64,000 nt of DNA from a bacterium (GCA_030647555.1 JAUSJG010000008.1:129467-193466), one strand, 5' to 3'; counted from the first letter of the stretch, positions 19,135-29,748 are shown. Numbers and translations are program-made. The notes: generated by a model from the letters alone, not told the origin.

Positions 19135-19852
19135 TTTCGCGCTTGAATATCCGTTCCCCTCCTTCGTTAGATCCTTTGTGATGTAGCGAAAGAGGGGAAT
19201 AAGAGTGGACTGATTACATTAGCAACATCGGCAGTGCCGAAGACCAGATAATGCAACCCAAGATCGTTGGGTTCGCTGAAAGGTCGTTGCTAACAAAATC
19301 AGCAAACAAGTTTCTTGTTTGACGATCACCACTTGAGGTTCCCGCCGTTGATTATTTCAACGGTTTCCCTCAAATTTTCGAAACAAACCAATCGGTGACC
19401 GACCCTGGCCTGCCCCGCGTAGCTTTAGCGAAGTGTGGGCGTGCAGGGACGGTCCCCGAGCTTGGAAAATTTGAGGGGAAATCCTATGGCGTAAGGGTGT
19501 GTGCCGGTTTCCGACGGGCTGTGTCCGTGAGAGAAACCGAACCCATGCGTCATTCAGCTAGGGGCAGAAAATGGCCCATCGCTTCACACCGGCCACTACC
19601 GAGTGGACCGAAAAGCAGATCATAACTCTTTGATCTGTGTGTGGGGTGAGCGCTGAAAATTTCCACTGACGAGTGGGGAGAAAGTTGGCTGGTTTGTTTG
19701 GATGGGCGAGCCCTAACTCGCGCCATTTCAACCAGTCGACATCCGGAAGTTAGGGTCCGGAAAGCAGTGATGTAAGAGGTCATTACATGCACACAATTCC
19801 GCGGTCGGCAACGAGGGACGTCCTTGTTGTCGACCGCTTTCCTTCTTAAATT

Positions 19853-19890
19853 ATATTTATATGGTTTTATAAGAGGGCAATTCATGAATT
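19853..19890. repeat. direct-repeat copy 1 of GGGCAATTCATGAATTGCCCCTAC (contains a 20-22 bp perfect palindrome)
   Basis: Shares about 35 nt with the copy at 21444-21480. Confidence 0.6.
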
Positions 19891-20119
19891 GCCCCTACAC
19901 GAAACTACAAATAATATAATTTAAGAAGGGAAGTGTCGTACGAGAAGAGAAATTAGTTTTCTCTTCCGTTGGTCATCAATTCCGTTTTATTTTTAGAAAA
20001 CAGAAGAATTTGTTTCTTCTCGCTTTATGTCCGGCGTTAATGGACTGTTCTTTTGGAGCTCCTCTATAATATCTGGCTCAAACCTCTTAAGGCCGGAGAA
20101 TAAATGAGGAAATTTATAT

Positions 20120-20464
20120 ATGCGAAGTTGGCAAGTATGGATATACGCTAACGATTGGCGACTGCTGGGTTTAGTCGAAGCAGAGAGCAAAGAAGAAGCC
20201 GCGAAAAAGCTCGGTTTTGACCGAGTTCTGCCAGGTGGGCGTCTCTTCAACTCCAATTTTTGCTTTGCACACAAATACCAGCTGAATCCGAAAAAGTGGT
20301 GTCATGACTGGCTTTCTCAGGTTCAAGTGTTTTTGAAGGATCCGCCAACAAGACTCTTGGACGACGAGAGTTTGCATGAAATGTTGGCTGGAGAATTCGA
20401 ATGGATATACGCATTTGGACGTGAAAGTGCAGGTATGCAACCACTCAATTCGGATAAGTGGTAG
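20120..20464 (+). CDS. hypothetical small protein (114 aa)
   Basis: An ORF with balanced composition inside the segment bracketed by the direct repeats. There is no recognisable motif. Confidence 0.3.
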   Translation: MRSWQVWIYANDWRLLGLVEAESKEEAAKKLGFDRVLPGGRLFNSNFCFAHKYQLNPKKWCHDWLSQVQVFLKDPPTRLLDDESLHEMLAGEFEWIYAFGRESAGMQPLNSDKW

Positions 20465-20720
20465 CTCGCCAATCATAATAGCGCTGGAGTTTGCGGAACA
20501 AAAGCAAACTATGCTTTGTCGGAAGAGGCAAATCTTGGCAAAGCATTCCCCGAGTAACAGCGCGAATAAAATCAAGGGGAAGTTAAGCAGTCGCTCAACT
20601 GCTTATGCGCGAATAGAAGAAGGCGCATAAAAAGGAATGAGCAAAGTGTTACACAACGGGCTGAGTCTTGTTTCACAAGTTTCGGCCCAAATTCATTTCA
20701 ATCTTTGGGAATATTTTTAT

Positions 20721-20755
20721 CAGTGACCGACCCAGGCGTACTGGGACGGTCACTG
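20721..20755. promoter_or_regulatory. 15-bp-stem hairpin cagtgaccgacccag-gcgta-ctgggacggtcactg
   Basis: Imperfect dyad about 60 nt upstream of the small TM ORF at 20816. Confidence 0.35.
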
Positions 20756-20815
20756 ATAAATACTATTAAAGATTGGTGTGAATTTACCAGTTTCGAAAAC
20801 CAAAGGGAGATTGTC

Positions 20816-21064
20816 ATGAATATGAATTGCTTCGCCCGGTTTTTCCTGGGCACCCCGCGGCGTTTTCTGGCCAGTGCGATTTTCGCCGTCATTGGGATGG
20901 TGATTGTCCACTTTCAACCGGGGTTGGTGTATCGGTCCGCCGATCGACTGGCGTGCGAGTGCATGCCGGTGATCAAGGCCGTCCTGACCTGCGTCATCGT
21001 CTTAGCCGGCTTTCGGATGATTGTCGCTGGCGGACGTGGTCGCGTCGGAGGCGGACGGCACTGA
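20816..21064 (+). CDS. hypothetical small 2-TM membrane protein (82 aa), GC-rich
   Basis: There is an RBS (aaagggag) 7 nt upstream of the ATG. The C-terminus is Gly/Arg-rich (AGGRGRVGGGRH). Confidence 0.3.
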   Translation: MNMNCFARFFLGTPRRFLASAIFAVIGMVIVHFQPGLVYRSADRLACECMPVIKAVLTCVIVLAGFRMIVAGGRGRVGGGRH

Positions 21065-21232
21065 CCACCGGGCCGGCGGGGCCAGTTCAAACCTATTGCG
21101 ACGGACAACCATAGTTGTCCGTCCTTTTAATTTTGCATAACTATTTTTATATCTCTACGCCCAATTTTTCTTTTATTACTTCTTTGATGCGATAAATATC
21201 GGCTATGATCATTTTTTGTTCTGTTCTTTACA

Positions 21233-21421
21233 TCACCAAAATTTTATAAAACCATCGATTGTGTTCGTTAAATTTCCGAGAATGTTGTCTATGTTCGATA
21301 ACTGCTTTTCAATATTATCTATTCCGGCCGATAAATCATATTTTACTTCCTGAATTTCGTCAGATAGTTTCTGGAATTTTTTATTGAGAAAATAAATGAG
21401 TTTCGCATCCATATCAATCAT
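21233..21421 (-). CDS. hypothetical small coiled-coil protein (62 aa)
   Basis: The AT-rich ORF MIDMDAKLIYFLNKKFQKLSDEIQEVKYDL... Confidence 0.2.
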   Translation of the reverse strand: MIDMDAKLIYFLNKKFQKLSDEIQEVKYDLSAGIDNIEKQLSNIDNILGNLTNTIDGFIKFW

Positions 21422-21443
21422 TATACGCTTGATAGTCCAAGTC

Positions 21444-21480
21444 GTAATTATTTGGGGCAATTCATGAATTGCCCCTACGC
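21444..21480. repeat. direct-repeat copy 2 of GGGGCAATTCATGAATTGCCCCTAC, encoding the last 8 codons and the stop of the GT4 gene
   Basis: On the minus strand the repeat reads ...CELRRGNS*. Confidence 0.6.
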
Positions 21481-22556
21481 AACTCGCAAATTTCGGAAAA
21501 TTTGTCCATGTACTGTTGTGCGATTTTGGGCCATGCGAAGTTTTGCATCGTGAACTCTCTGGCTTTTTTGCCAAATTCTTTTCTTACGTTTTCGTTTTGC
21601 AGAAGCGAATTGATTTTATCGGCAAAGGCATCTGCGTTTTCCGATTCGACAAGAATGCCGTTTTGGTCGTCAATAACCGCATCGGTGATTCCTTCGAGTT
21701 TTGCGGCGATTATTGGTAACTTACAGCTCGCCGCTTCCACTGCGACCAACCCAAAACCCTCGGCGTCATTTTTCACTTCAATGTTGGGCATAATGAAAAG
21801 ATCAGCAGTGTTGTAGAGCAATTTAACTTTTTCTCTTGGTACATCGTGGAGAAAAATTACCTTGTTCTGCTGGTTTGTTTTTTTAATTGCCTGATCAATT
21901 TTTTCTTTTTCTGGACCATTGCCAATGACAACATAAATAATATTTTCGGGTAGTTTGGGTAAAACATTTGTGATGAACCATTCAACACCTTTTCTTTTTA
22001 TCAAGCGACCAACTGTCAATAGTATTCTTTTATTGGTAATTTTGGAACCCAAATATTTTTCCAGATCATCGTGTTTGATGCTTGGTTCATAAAAAACATC
22101 CTTAATTCCCGGGGTTATTACAACGGTGTTGTTTCCGGGAAATTTTTCATTGACCAAACTGGCTACGTAATTACTGATACAAATATAGAGATCGGTACCC
22201 GAAAAAAACTTTTTTAAATACCATTGGTAAATTTTCGATGGATATAAAATATCTAAACCGTGTACTTCTACCGCAACAGGTTTTCTTGTTACTTTTTTTA
22301 TCATCCAACCAATTAAACAAAGCACTGGGTCGCCAATGTGGACTACGTCATAATTTTTTGCAGTGAAAAGTCCCTGAATAGTCGCGGTCACGAAAAAAAT
22401 AGGAAGAAACTTTTTTCCGTATCGATTAGTGATAACCTTTGTTCTTGTTAGTTTTCCAACTTCCGTTGTGATGTCGTAACTTAATTGTTCCATTCCGCCA
22501 CGGATGGGCGGATAGGTGCGCGTGATAAATAGAATAGACGGCGCGTTATTCATCAT
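21462..22556 (-). CDS. glycosyltransferase family 4
   Basis: ILFITRTYPPIRGGMEQLSYDI ... ILLTVGRLIKRKGVEW ... EGFGLVAVEAASCKLPIIA are GT4 motifs. Confidence 0.7.
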   Translation of the reverse strand: MMNNAPSILFITRTYPPIRGGMEQLSYDITTEVGKLTRTKVITNRYGKKFLPIFFVTATIQGLFTAKNYDVVHIGDPVLCLIGWMIKKVTRKPVAVEVHGLDILYPSKIYQWYLKKFFSGTDLYICISNYVASLVNEKFPGNNTVVITPGIKDVFYEPSIKHDDLEKYLGSKITNKRILLTVGRLIKRKGVEWFITNVLPKLPENIIYVVIGNGPEKEKIDQAIKKTNQQNKVIFLHDVPREKVKLLYNTADLFIMPNIEVKNDAEGFGLVAVEAASCKLPIIAAKLEGITDAVIDDQNGILVESENADAFADKINSLLQNENVRKEFGKKAREFTMQNFAWPKIAQQYMDKFSEICELRRGNS

Positions 22557-22563
22557 TCGTCAA

Positions 22564-23547
22564 TCATTCTTCATTATTCTTTTTATATGTTTCTTTGCGA
22601 GCGTGGTAAAGCAGTTCTTCAATTAGAATGCGTTGACGGCGTAGCATATCAGCCAAGAGCGCGATAGTCATCAAAAAAGTTCCCAACAAAATAAAGACGG
22701 CGGAAACAGTTACCAATGAACGGTAGGGAAAAGTTTGGCCTGTTTGAAGCCAATGAATCAAAAGAAAAAGTCCGATAAGAAAACCCGTACCACCGGTTAG
22801 TGTAGCCAATACACCAAAAACCTGAAACGGGCTGGAGTCGCGCAGTGTGCGAAAAAAAATGGCGAGCCAGCGAACACCATAAATGAAAATGTTTTTAGCA
22901 ACCCGCGATTTGCCGACGGCGCGTTCGCCGCGCACTTCCAAACGAATTTCTTGAATGCGTAGTCCCTTTAGAACCGCGTCCAGAATTACTTCGTGGGTGT
23001 ATGTAAAACTGCTGAAAAGCGTAAGGCGTAAAGCCGCTTCACGACTGTATGAACGATAACCGCAGGAGACGTCGGTGAAATTTCGATCGACGGCGCGGTT
23101 AACGATGTATCGCACAATTCGGTTACCGATTTTTTTTAGCATTGGCATTTTTGGATATCTTTTTGGATCGGAAAAACGGGTGCAGGTGACAATGTCGGAT
23201 GCGCCGCTCAAGATTGGCGCGATTAGTTGCGGAATGTCGCCGGGATTGAATTGGCCGTCGCTATCGATGTGGACAATAATGTCGGCTTGCCTACGAAGCG
23301 CTTCTTGAATGCCGGTACGGAAAGCGGCGCCCACACCGCGGTTTTGGCCGTGAGAAACAACTGTCGCACCGAGTGAGCGTGATTTTGAAGCAGTGTCATC
23401 GGTTGATCCGTCATCAATCACGATAATTTCTTGTTCGTTAAAGCCGGCGATTGCTTTGGGAATTCCGTTGATGACTTGGGAAATCGTTGCCGTCTCGTTC
23501 AGGGCGGGAATAATGACGCAGAGCTTTTTTTGTTGGGTGGATAGCAT
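22564..23547 (-). CDS. GT2 polyprenol-phosphate glycosyltransferase (DPM1/GtrB-like) with C-terminal TM helices
   Basis: LCVIIPALNETATISQVINGI ... IIVIDDGSTDDT ... IVHIDSDGQ contains DXD, and the C-terminus has 2 TM helices. Confidence 0.7.
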   Translation of the reverse strand: MLSTQQKKLCVIIPALNETATISQVINGIPKAIAGFNEQEIIVIDDGSTDDTASKSRSLGATVVSHGQNRGVGAAFRTGIQEALRRQADIIVHIDSDGQFNPGDIPQLIAPILSGASDIVTCTRFSDPKRYPKMPMLKKIGNRIVRYIVNRAVDRNFTDVSCGYRSYSREAALRLTLFSSFTYTHEVILDAVLKGLRIQEIRLEVRGERAVGKSRVAKNIFIYGVRWLAIFFRTLRDSSPFQVFGVLATLTGGTGFLIGLFLLIHWLQTGQTFPYRSLVTVSAVFILLGTFLMTIALLADMLRRQRILIEELLYHARKETYKKNNEE

Positions 23548-23606
23548 GTGTATTAACTGAAAATTATATTATTAAAATGGATTAATGTCAATAGTAGCGT
23601 AGCTGG

Positions 23607-24371
23607 TTATTCTTGGATATTCGTTGTCAGTGCGCGAATAGAAAAACGGGAAAAAATATAAAAGAAACCAACGATGACAATTATGCCGGCGATTCGCGGT
23701 TCTTTTAAATAAATAAATACCTGATAAGCGGTGTGGAGAAGAATGGCAACGGCAAGGCCCTCCATGATTTCCGGATTTTTCCATGAAGTTTTAAGTTCCC
23801 ATTTTTCAATTCTTCCGTCTTCCAGCGCGCGTTTGTAAATGTTGCCAAAAGCGAAGCCGACAATTCCGGCGCTAACACCAAGCAATACCGATTTAAAGAT
23901 AAGACTGAAAATCAGAAAGGGGATGCTTTCTTTGGGTTCATTGGTTGTAGAAAAATAATTGATGCAAAAAAGTATGTTTTCTGTTAATCCGGCACCAAGT
24001 GCGATAATTGAAAAATAAACGATTCCATCTACAACCTGTGAAAACGAGCGTTCTTTGGCAACCAGTTTTCTGGCCAATACAAGTGTGATATAGGTGTGCG
24101 TTACCGCCACGAATGCACTGGCGATAAAAAATGAGGCTAAGCTATCTTTTTCAGAAAGGGCGTTGAATGGCAGAAATGTGCCGGACGTCACAAAAATAAC
24201 CTGGAATAACATGAGTGCTCCGGCGATAAAAAACCCCATCAGCATACCGGATAGAAACAGTTTTGCGGTTAATAATTTTGGTTCCGGTTCTCCGCGATCC
24301 CACCAATAACAAACAGCGATCCAGCAGATTGGTGGCAAAATAGTTGCCAGAAGTACTAGTATGACCTCCAT
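23607..24371 (-). CDS. PrsW-like intramembrane protease family membrane protein
   Basis: A polytopic ORF with the N-terminal WWDRGEPEP motif and conserved Glu/His positions. The assignment rests on motifs only. Confidence 0.4.
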   Translation of the reverse strand: MEVILVLLATILPPICWIAVCYWWDRGEPEPKLLTAKLFLSGMLMGFFIAGALMLFQVIFVTSGTFLPFNALSEKDSLASFFIASAFVAVTHTYITLVLARKLVAKERSFSQVVDGIVYFSIIALGAGLTENILFCINYFSTTNEPKESIPFLIFSLIFKSVLLGVSAGIVGFAFGNIYKRALEDGRIEKWELKTSWKNPEIMEGLAVAILLHTAYQVFIYLKEPRIAGIIVIVGFFYIFSRFSIRALTTNIQE

Positions 24372-24441
24372 AGTGATATTATAGGACGAAATTCGGGTCT
24401 TGGCTTGTTGTTGAGGTTTTTAATTGCTATAATTTCAACAC

Positions 24442-25836
24442 GTGAAAACAATGGTGGGGAAAAAATGTGTTCTGTTAACGGCAGTGGTTGTCGCAAGTTT
24501 TTTTGTGGCGATAATTCGTTCGGCAGATGCGGCGACGGTGCTTTCATTAGCAGAAATATCGTCTGAATTTCATACTGTTTATGGTCGCAATCCAACTAAT
24601 GCTGAGTTGGATTATTGGAAATCACGGCGCGCGGATAAGAAAACAGCGGTGGCGATGTTGGGCGCAATGTATTCGGCCAAAGCGGAAGTAGCCAATATTG
24701 GTACTGGTACCGTAACGGCAACAGGAAAAGATTTGGCGAAGTATGTTTCTCGGGCCTTTCAAGAGGTTTACGGGCGCCTGCCAAAACCAGCGGAAAAAGC
24801 GTGGTGGGCAACGCGCGCGGTTTGTGGCGGTTTCAAAAAATATTCGGACATGATTGGTTCAATGAAGTTTCATAAAGCAAGTAAAGTGACGATGGGAGCC
24901 GGTGGTAAGGAACAGTTTTGTGCACCAAAGTCTACCTCCGAAACCGTTGGTTTGAATAGTAATTTGGGAATAAGTGGTAATAAGTCCGGGCCGTTCGTGC
25001 GAATTGGCGTTTATTTGGCGCCAAAATATGTCACTATCGGCTCATCAAATAAGTTTACTTTTCAATATAGTGGTGGAAAGAAAGTTTTTGCGTCCGGAGA
25101 AACCGTGAAGGTTGTGCTAAGCGGTGGTGATTATATCGTTACTGGTCCGAAGGGGTTCAAGAAGGCTTTGGATAATTCCCCAAAATTTGCTCCGAGTAGC
25201 GGAACAATAATGGAAGTGGTTAATTATATTGATAAGGGTGCTTCGGGTACTAACTACAATAAATTCCGCGGAAATATTATTGTGCAACGCGATAGTGCGG
25301 GGAAAGGTCTTTGGGCGATCAATGAATTAAGAACAGAGGATTATGTCAAAGGCTTGGCGGAAACATCGGACAATGCGCCAATTGCTTTTCAAAAAGCCCT
25401 GGCGGTTGCAGCGCGCACCTATGTTTTGAATCACACAACGTTGGGTGGTCGGCAACCACATAATGGTTTTGATATAACTAATACGCCAAATGATCAGTGG
25501 TATCGCGGGTATAACAATGAAAAAAATACACCGGAATTTTCCAGTTCGGTAGTGGCAACGGCCGGGCAAGTTCTTAGTTATAACGGAAAATTAATTCCCG
25601 CATTATATTTTTCCGGAAGTGATGGACGCACTCGTAGTGCGCAAGAAGTCTGGCATTCTTCAAAGTTTCCCTATTTGCAAAGCAAACCGGATCCGTATGG
25701 CGGTAAAACCTTGCGCGGGCATGGAGTGGGGATGAGCGGGGACGGCGCGGTTAATTATGCCCGCAAAGAAAACTGGGACTACAGAAAAATCCTGCATTAT
25801 TATTACACCGACGTAAAACTCGAAAGAGGATATTAA
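24442..25836 (+). CDS. SpoIID/LytB-domain protein (cell-wall lytic transglycosylase-like)
   Basis: A signal anchor, then the C-terminal motifs YRGYNNE, TRSAQEVW and RGHGVGMSGDGA. Confidence 0.7.
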   Translation: MKTMVGKKCVLLTAVVVASFFVAIIRSADAATVLSLAEISSEFHTVYGRNPTNAELDYWKSRRADKKTAVAMLGAMYSAKAEVANIGTGTVTATGKDLAKYVSRAFQEVYGRLPKPAEKAWWATRAVCGGFKKYSDMIGSMKFHKASKVTMGAGGKEQFCAPKSTSETVGLNSNLGISGNKSGPFVRIGVYLAPKYVTIGSSNKFTFQYSGGKKVFASGETVKVVLSGGDYIVTGPKGFKKALDNSPKFAPSSGTIMEVVNYIDKGASGTNYNKFRGNIIVQRDSAGKGLWAINELRTEDYVKGLAETSDNAPIAFQKALAVAARTYVLNHTTLGGRQPHNGFDITNTPNDQWYRGYNNEKNTPEFSSSVVATAGQVLSYNGKLIPALYFSGSDGRTRSAQEVWHSSKFPYLQSKPDPYGGKTLRGHGVGMSGDGAVNYARKENWDYRKILHYYYTDVKLERGY

Positions 25837-25854
25837 GAATGGGAACAGGCTATC

Positions 25855-25892
25855 AGGCCGCCCATTTGGGCGAGCCTCGCCCCGATGGGCGG
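25855..25892. repeat. GC-rich dispersed repeat copy 2 (GGGCGAGCCTCGCCCCGATGGGCGGG)
   Basis: Matches the 1040-1110 copy. Confidence 0.4.
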
Positions 25893-26001
25893 GGGACAGG
25901 GTAAAGGCGAATATAAATAAAAAAAACCCGGCGCGGTTGCGACGGGGGATATGGGTGTTTGTAAATTTGAGAAATATGTCAATATCCTATACCATACTAA
26001 A

Positions 26002-27153
26002 ATGCAGGTGTTACAAAATCGACGCGTGCTTCTGCTTACAGAAGAATATCCTCCGGCTACCGGTGGAATACAAAATTATCTCTCGCAATTGATGGCGCAG
26101 CTTTCGCCTGCGCATACTTTTGTAATTACCCAAAAACGGGCTGATTCAGATGTTTGGGATCGGGAGCAAAAATATAAGATAGTGCGGGTTAATATGCACG
26201 GATTTTTCTGGCCTCGTTGGCAACCGGCATACAAAGCTTTAGAGAAGGCAGTGAAGGAATTTCAACCGGAAATAATTGTTTGCGGGAAAGCGCTATTTGA
26301 AGGACGAGCGGCGTTAAAAATTTGGAAAAAATATCAGATTCCTTATGTTGTTATGACATATGGAATGGAAGTGAATACATGGTTGGAGGGTGGGAAGACA
26401 CGTCGTGATTTAAAAAATGTTTTAACAAATGCCACGCGTATTATAGTTATTAATGATCTGATCAAAAAGACGCTGATAAAATTTTTGGGGTCGGAAAAGG
26501 AAAATAAAATTGTAAAAATTTATCCCGGTGTGGGCGCGATGTTTATTGAAGAACTGAAGAAAATTAATCATTCCGATGCAAAAATAATTATTACCGTCTG
26601 TCGCTTGGTATCAAGAAAAGGCGTAGATGTTGTGATTCGGGCATTGCCGGAAGTGCTGAAAATTTTTCCACAAACAACTTATCAGATAATTGGCGATGGT
26701 CCAGAAAGGTCAAAACTCGAAGATCTTGTAGGTAAGCTCGGATTAAAAAAACAAGTAAATTTTTTGGGAAAAGTTACTGATAGTGAATTGTGGAAATCAT
26801 TAAATGATGCTGATCTTTTTGTGCTTACACCGCGTGACGAGGCCGGCAATTTTGAAGGTTTTGGTATCGTATACCTTGAAGCCGCAGCGGCGGGGACGTG
26901 CGCTGTTGCAAGTCGCTCTGGTGGTGTGCCGGAGGCTGTTTTAGATGGTGTCACAGGTTTGCTTTGTGAACCTGATAATCCAAAAGACACAGCAGACAAA
27001 ATAATTAAACTATTAAAAAATGACGAATTGCGAGAAAAGCTTAATGAGAATGCCCACAAAAGAGTCGTGGACGATTTCACATGGGAAAAACGCGCAGTGC
27101 TTTTTCGTGGTGTGGTGGAATCAGTGGTAACATCTAATAGGTTAAGGCAATGA
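26002..27153 (+). CDS. glycosyltransferase family 4
   Basis: The start was trimmed to MQVLQNRRVLLLTEEYPPATGGIQNY. EGFGIVYLEAAAAGTCAV is a GT4 motif. Confidence 0.7.
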   Translation: MQVLQNRRVLLLTEEYPPATGGIQNYLSQLMAQLSPAHTFVITQKRADSDVWDREQKYKIVRVNMHGFFWPRWQPAYKALEKAVKEFQPEIIVCGKALFEGRAALKIWKKYQIPYVVMTYGMEVNTWLEGGKTRRDLKNVLTNATRIIVINDLIKKTLIKFLGSEKENKIVKIYPGVGAMFIEELKKINHSDAKIIITVCRLVSRKGVDVVIRALPEVLKIFPQTTYQIIGDGPERSKLEDLVGKLGLKKQVNFLGKVTDSELWKSLNDADLFVLTPRDEAGNFEGFGIVYLEAAAAGTCAVASRSGGVPEAVLDGVTGLLCEPDNPKDTADKIIKLLKNDELREKLNENAHKRVVDDFTWEKRAVLFRGVVESVVTSNRLRQ

Positions 27154-28589
27154 GTGAACTCCGCACGACGCAAATCTGGGGCAGCTTGACCAAGGTTGTG
27201 ACTTTAACACTGGGTGTTTTGCAGACTGTAATTATTTTGCATATTTTATCGCCGGCGCAGTATGGAATTATCGGAATTGTTACTGCCTTAGCGAGTCTTG
27301 TTGGTGTCAGCCAAAATGTTGGTGTAACCGACGCGACAATTCGGGAAATTGCCATGACAGATGATGTGAAACACCGTGCGCACATTTTTTGGGTTTCACT
27401 TTGGTTTAGAATGTTGTTCACTTTGCCAATTTCATTTGTGTTGGCATTGTTTGCAGGCTTGATAAGTACGTATGTCTATAAATTGCCTGATATGCAAACA
27501 CTCATCTATATAATGAGCGTGGTTTTGGTTTTGCAGGGGATTCAAGGCGTGCTCGGTGGTGTTTTCTCCGGATTGCGCGTTTTTGGTTTGCTTTATGTGT
27601 TTCAAATGATTACCGCTGTTCTTAACATTATTATTTTTGCCACGCTGACTTATTTGTATGGCGTGACTGGATTTTTTATGGCGATGGTGCTATCGACAAT
27701 CATCTTTATATTAATGTTGGCTTTTTATCTTCCGAAGGCGATTGGCGGACGGCTCGAACACCCGGGTAAAAACGATTTTATTATTGTTTGGAAAGATATT
27801 TTTCATACAGGATTTTGGACTTACTTGGCGCGGATTTTTTCCGTGGCATGGCAACAAGCGCCAATGCTCTTATTGGGAAAATGGACAACACCCGAAGTTG
27901 TTGGCTTATATAATGTGGCGTTGAGTTTTGGTTCGAAGCTGACTGTTTTGGCGGCCGCCATTGGTGAAGTGAATTTGGCATTCTTGAGTAATGCTTTTGC
28001 TAAAGGAAAAGAAAATTTCAAAGCATTGGCTGAAAAAACCTTGGACGAGGTAGGTGTGGTTTTATTATTAAGTGCTGGCGCGATGGCGTTGCTCTCTGAT
28101 TTGTTGTTAAAAATTTTTGCCGGGTCGGCTTACGCACCTGCCTTATCTGTTACTGTCTTGGTTAGTTGGGCCTACGCTTTTTTTGCTTTCTTGGATATTT
28201 CAACCAACACGGTTTTTGTGCCATCGCGTCGTTCCCAATTACGCACACTTTCATTTGGTGTGTTAATCGTTGTAACTTTGTTGACGATGTTTGCTTTGCG
28301 TCAAAATCCGCTTATAGCCGCCGGGTGGGGTGTGTTTGTCGGCAGTACTTCTGCGGTAATTCTTGCCACAATTCTTTCACGAAAGTATTGTGAAGTTTCG
28401 ATTGTGCCAAGTAAATTGATATTTGCGTTTATGTTTTCAATTATTCTTTTTGTGGGATCGCTTGTTTATCCGTCCTTGCTTCTTCGGGTGATAATGTTGA
28501 TTGTTGTGGGAGCGATTATTGTTTGGGTTACTCTAGGACACTTGATTATAGGAAGATACAGGAAAGAAAGGATAAAGAATGAAGCGTGA
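27150..28589 (+). CDS. polysaccharide flippase (Wzx/MATE-like, PST family)
   Basis: A 479-aa ORF with 12-14 TM segments that overlaps the neighbouring genes by 4 and 11 nt. Confidence 0.6.
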   Translation: MSELRTTQIWGSLTKVVTLTLGVLQTVIILHILSPAQYGIIGIVTALASLVGVSQNVGVTDATIREIAMTDDVKHRAHIFWVSLWFRMLFTLPISFVLALFAGLISTYVYKLPDMQTLIYIMSVVLVLQGIQGVLGGVFSGLRVFGLLYVFQMITAVLNIIIFATLTYLYGVTGFFMAMVLSTIIFILMLAFYLPKAIGGRLEHPGKNDFIIVWKDIFHTGFWTYLARIFSVAWQQAPMLLLGKWTTPEVVGLYNVALSFGSKLTVLAAAIGEVNLAFLSNAFAKGKENFKALAEKTLDEVGVVLLLSAGAMALLSDLLLKIFAGSAYAPALSVTVLVSWAYAFFAFLDISTNTVFVPSRRSQLRTLSFGVLIVVTLLTMFALRQNPLIAAGWGVFVGSTSAVILATILSRKYCEVSIVPSKLIFAFMFSIILFVGSLVYPSLLLRVIMLIVVGAIIVWVTLGHLIIGRYRKERIKNEA

Positions 28590-29748
28590 TGTAATTATTT
28601 TTGCCGGGGCGCTTTATGACAGCAAGCTTTGGACGAATCGCCAACAGATCGCGACGCGTCTGGCCGAACGTGGTCACAAGGTTTTTTACGTAGAGCCGAG
28701 ACATTTTTGGTTAACAATGTTGTTGGGCCAATTTCCGGGCAGTGGCAGTCACTTACATTGGCTGTTCCGTAGTCACTGGCCCCACGAGGTTAGAAACAAT
28801 CTTTGGGTTATTTCGCAATTCAATGTGATGCCTTGGTCGCGGGAAGTAAATTGGATTTCTTTACTTAACCACTGGCTAAACGCGCCAACGGTTCATCTAC
28901 ACGCATTTCTTAGAGGTTTTAAAGATCCGGCAATTCTCATTTATGACACAGAAGCGGCGCAATATTTGGGTCGTTTTCCCAAATCCAGAATTGTTTATGA
29001 TTGTGTTGATGACCATCGTGTGCAAGCGGGGGTCAATCGTAATTCGGAAAGAGTTGAAGCGGAAGAAGTTTTGATTGCCAAGGCCGCGGATGCGATTAGT
29101 GTTACGACGGAAATATTATATGAGCGTTTTTCGAAACTGAATAAGAATGTAGTTCTTATTCCCAATGCCGCCGATATTAATCTGTTTAAAAACTTTTCGG
29201 GAAGCGAACCGGAGGATCTTAAAAATATTCCGCACCCAAGAATCGGAACGGTGGGCGCGTTGGACGTTTATAAGGTGGATTTTTCGATGTTATTTAATGT
29301 TGCCTCCAAACATCCCGAATGGCATTTTGTTTTGGTGGGGCCAGTGGAACACATTGGCGTTAGGAACGAAGGTTTGGGGATTACAAAATTGAAAGAACTT
29401 GCGAATGTGCATTTTTTGGGTGAAAAAAAGAAAGATGATGTTCCGGCTTACGTCCATAATTTCGATGTAGCAATTATTCCGTACGTGAAAAGTGATTATA
29501 ATGATGCCTCATTTCCCTTGAAATTTTGGGAATTCATGGTGAGCGGAAAGCCGGTGGTGGCGACGAATTTGCCCACATTGTCGAAATACCAATACCTCTT
29601 TTCGCTGACACGCAATGAAGAAGAATTTGAAAAGGGAATCGTTGTGGCTCTTCAAGAAAATGAAAAAAATAATGTTCCTCGCATTGCCGAAGCTGAACTG
29701 CATGATTGGAGTAAACGCGTCGACGCGATAGAAAAATTATTGCAATAA
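28579..29748 (+). CDS. glycosyltransferase (GT-B fold, group-1-like)
   Basis: DVIIFAGALYDSKLWTNRQQIATRLAERGHKVFYVEP is an N-terminal GT-B Rossmann segment. The C-terminus has HFLGEKK...IIPYV. Confidence 0.5.
   Translation: MKRDVIIFAGALYDSKLWTNRQQIATRLAERGHKVFYVEPRHFWLTMLLGQFPGSGSHLHWLFRSHWPHEVRNNLWVISQFNVMPWSREVNWISLLNHWLNAPTVHLHAFLRGFKDPAILIYDTEAAQYLGRFPKSRIVYDCVDDHRVQAGVNRNSERVEAEEVLIAKAADAISVTTEILYERFSKLNKNVVLIPNAADINLFKNFSGSEPEDLKNIPHPRIGTVGALDVYKVDFSMLFNVASKHPEWHFVLVGPVEHIGVRNEGLGITKLKELANVHFLGEKKKDDVPAYVHNFDVAIIPYVKSDYNDASFPLKFWEFMVSGKPVVATNLPTLSKYQYLFSLTRNEEEFEKGIVVALQENEKNNVPRIAEAELHDWSKRVDAIEKLLQ

Noticed and set aside
19240-19320. tRNA, suggested by an 8-bp terminal pairing (ttagcaac / gttgctaa) and GGTTCG
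   Set aside because: The D-arm would have a 3-nt loop and no T-stem can be formed, so there is no cloverleaf.
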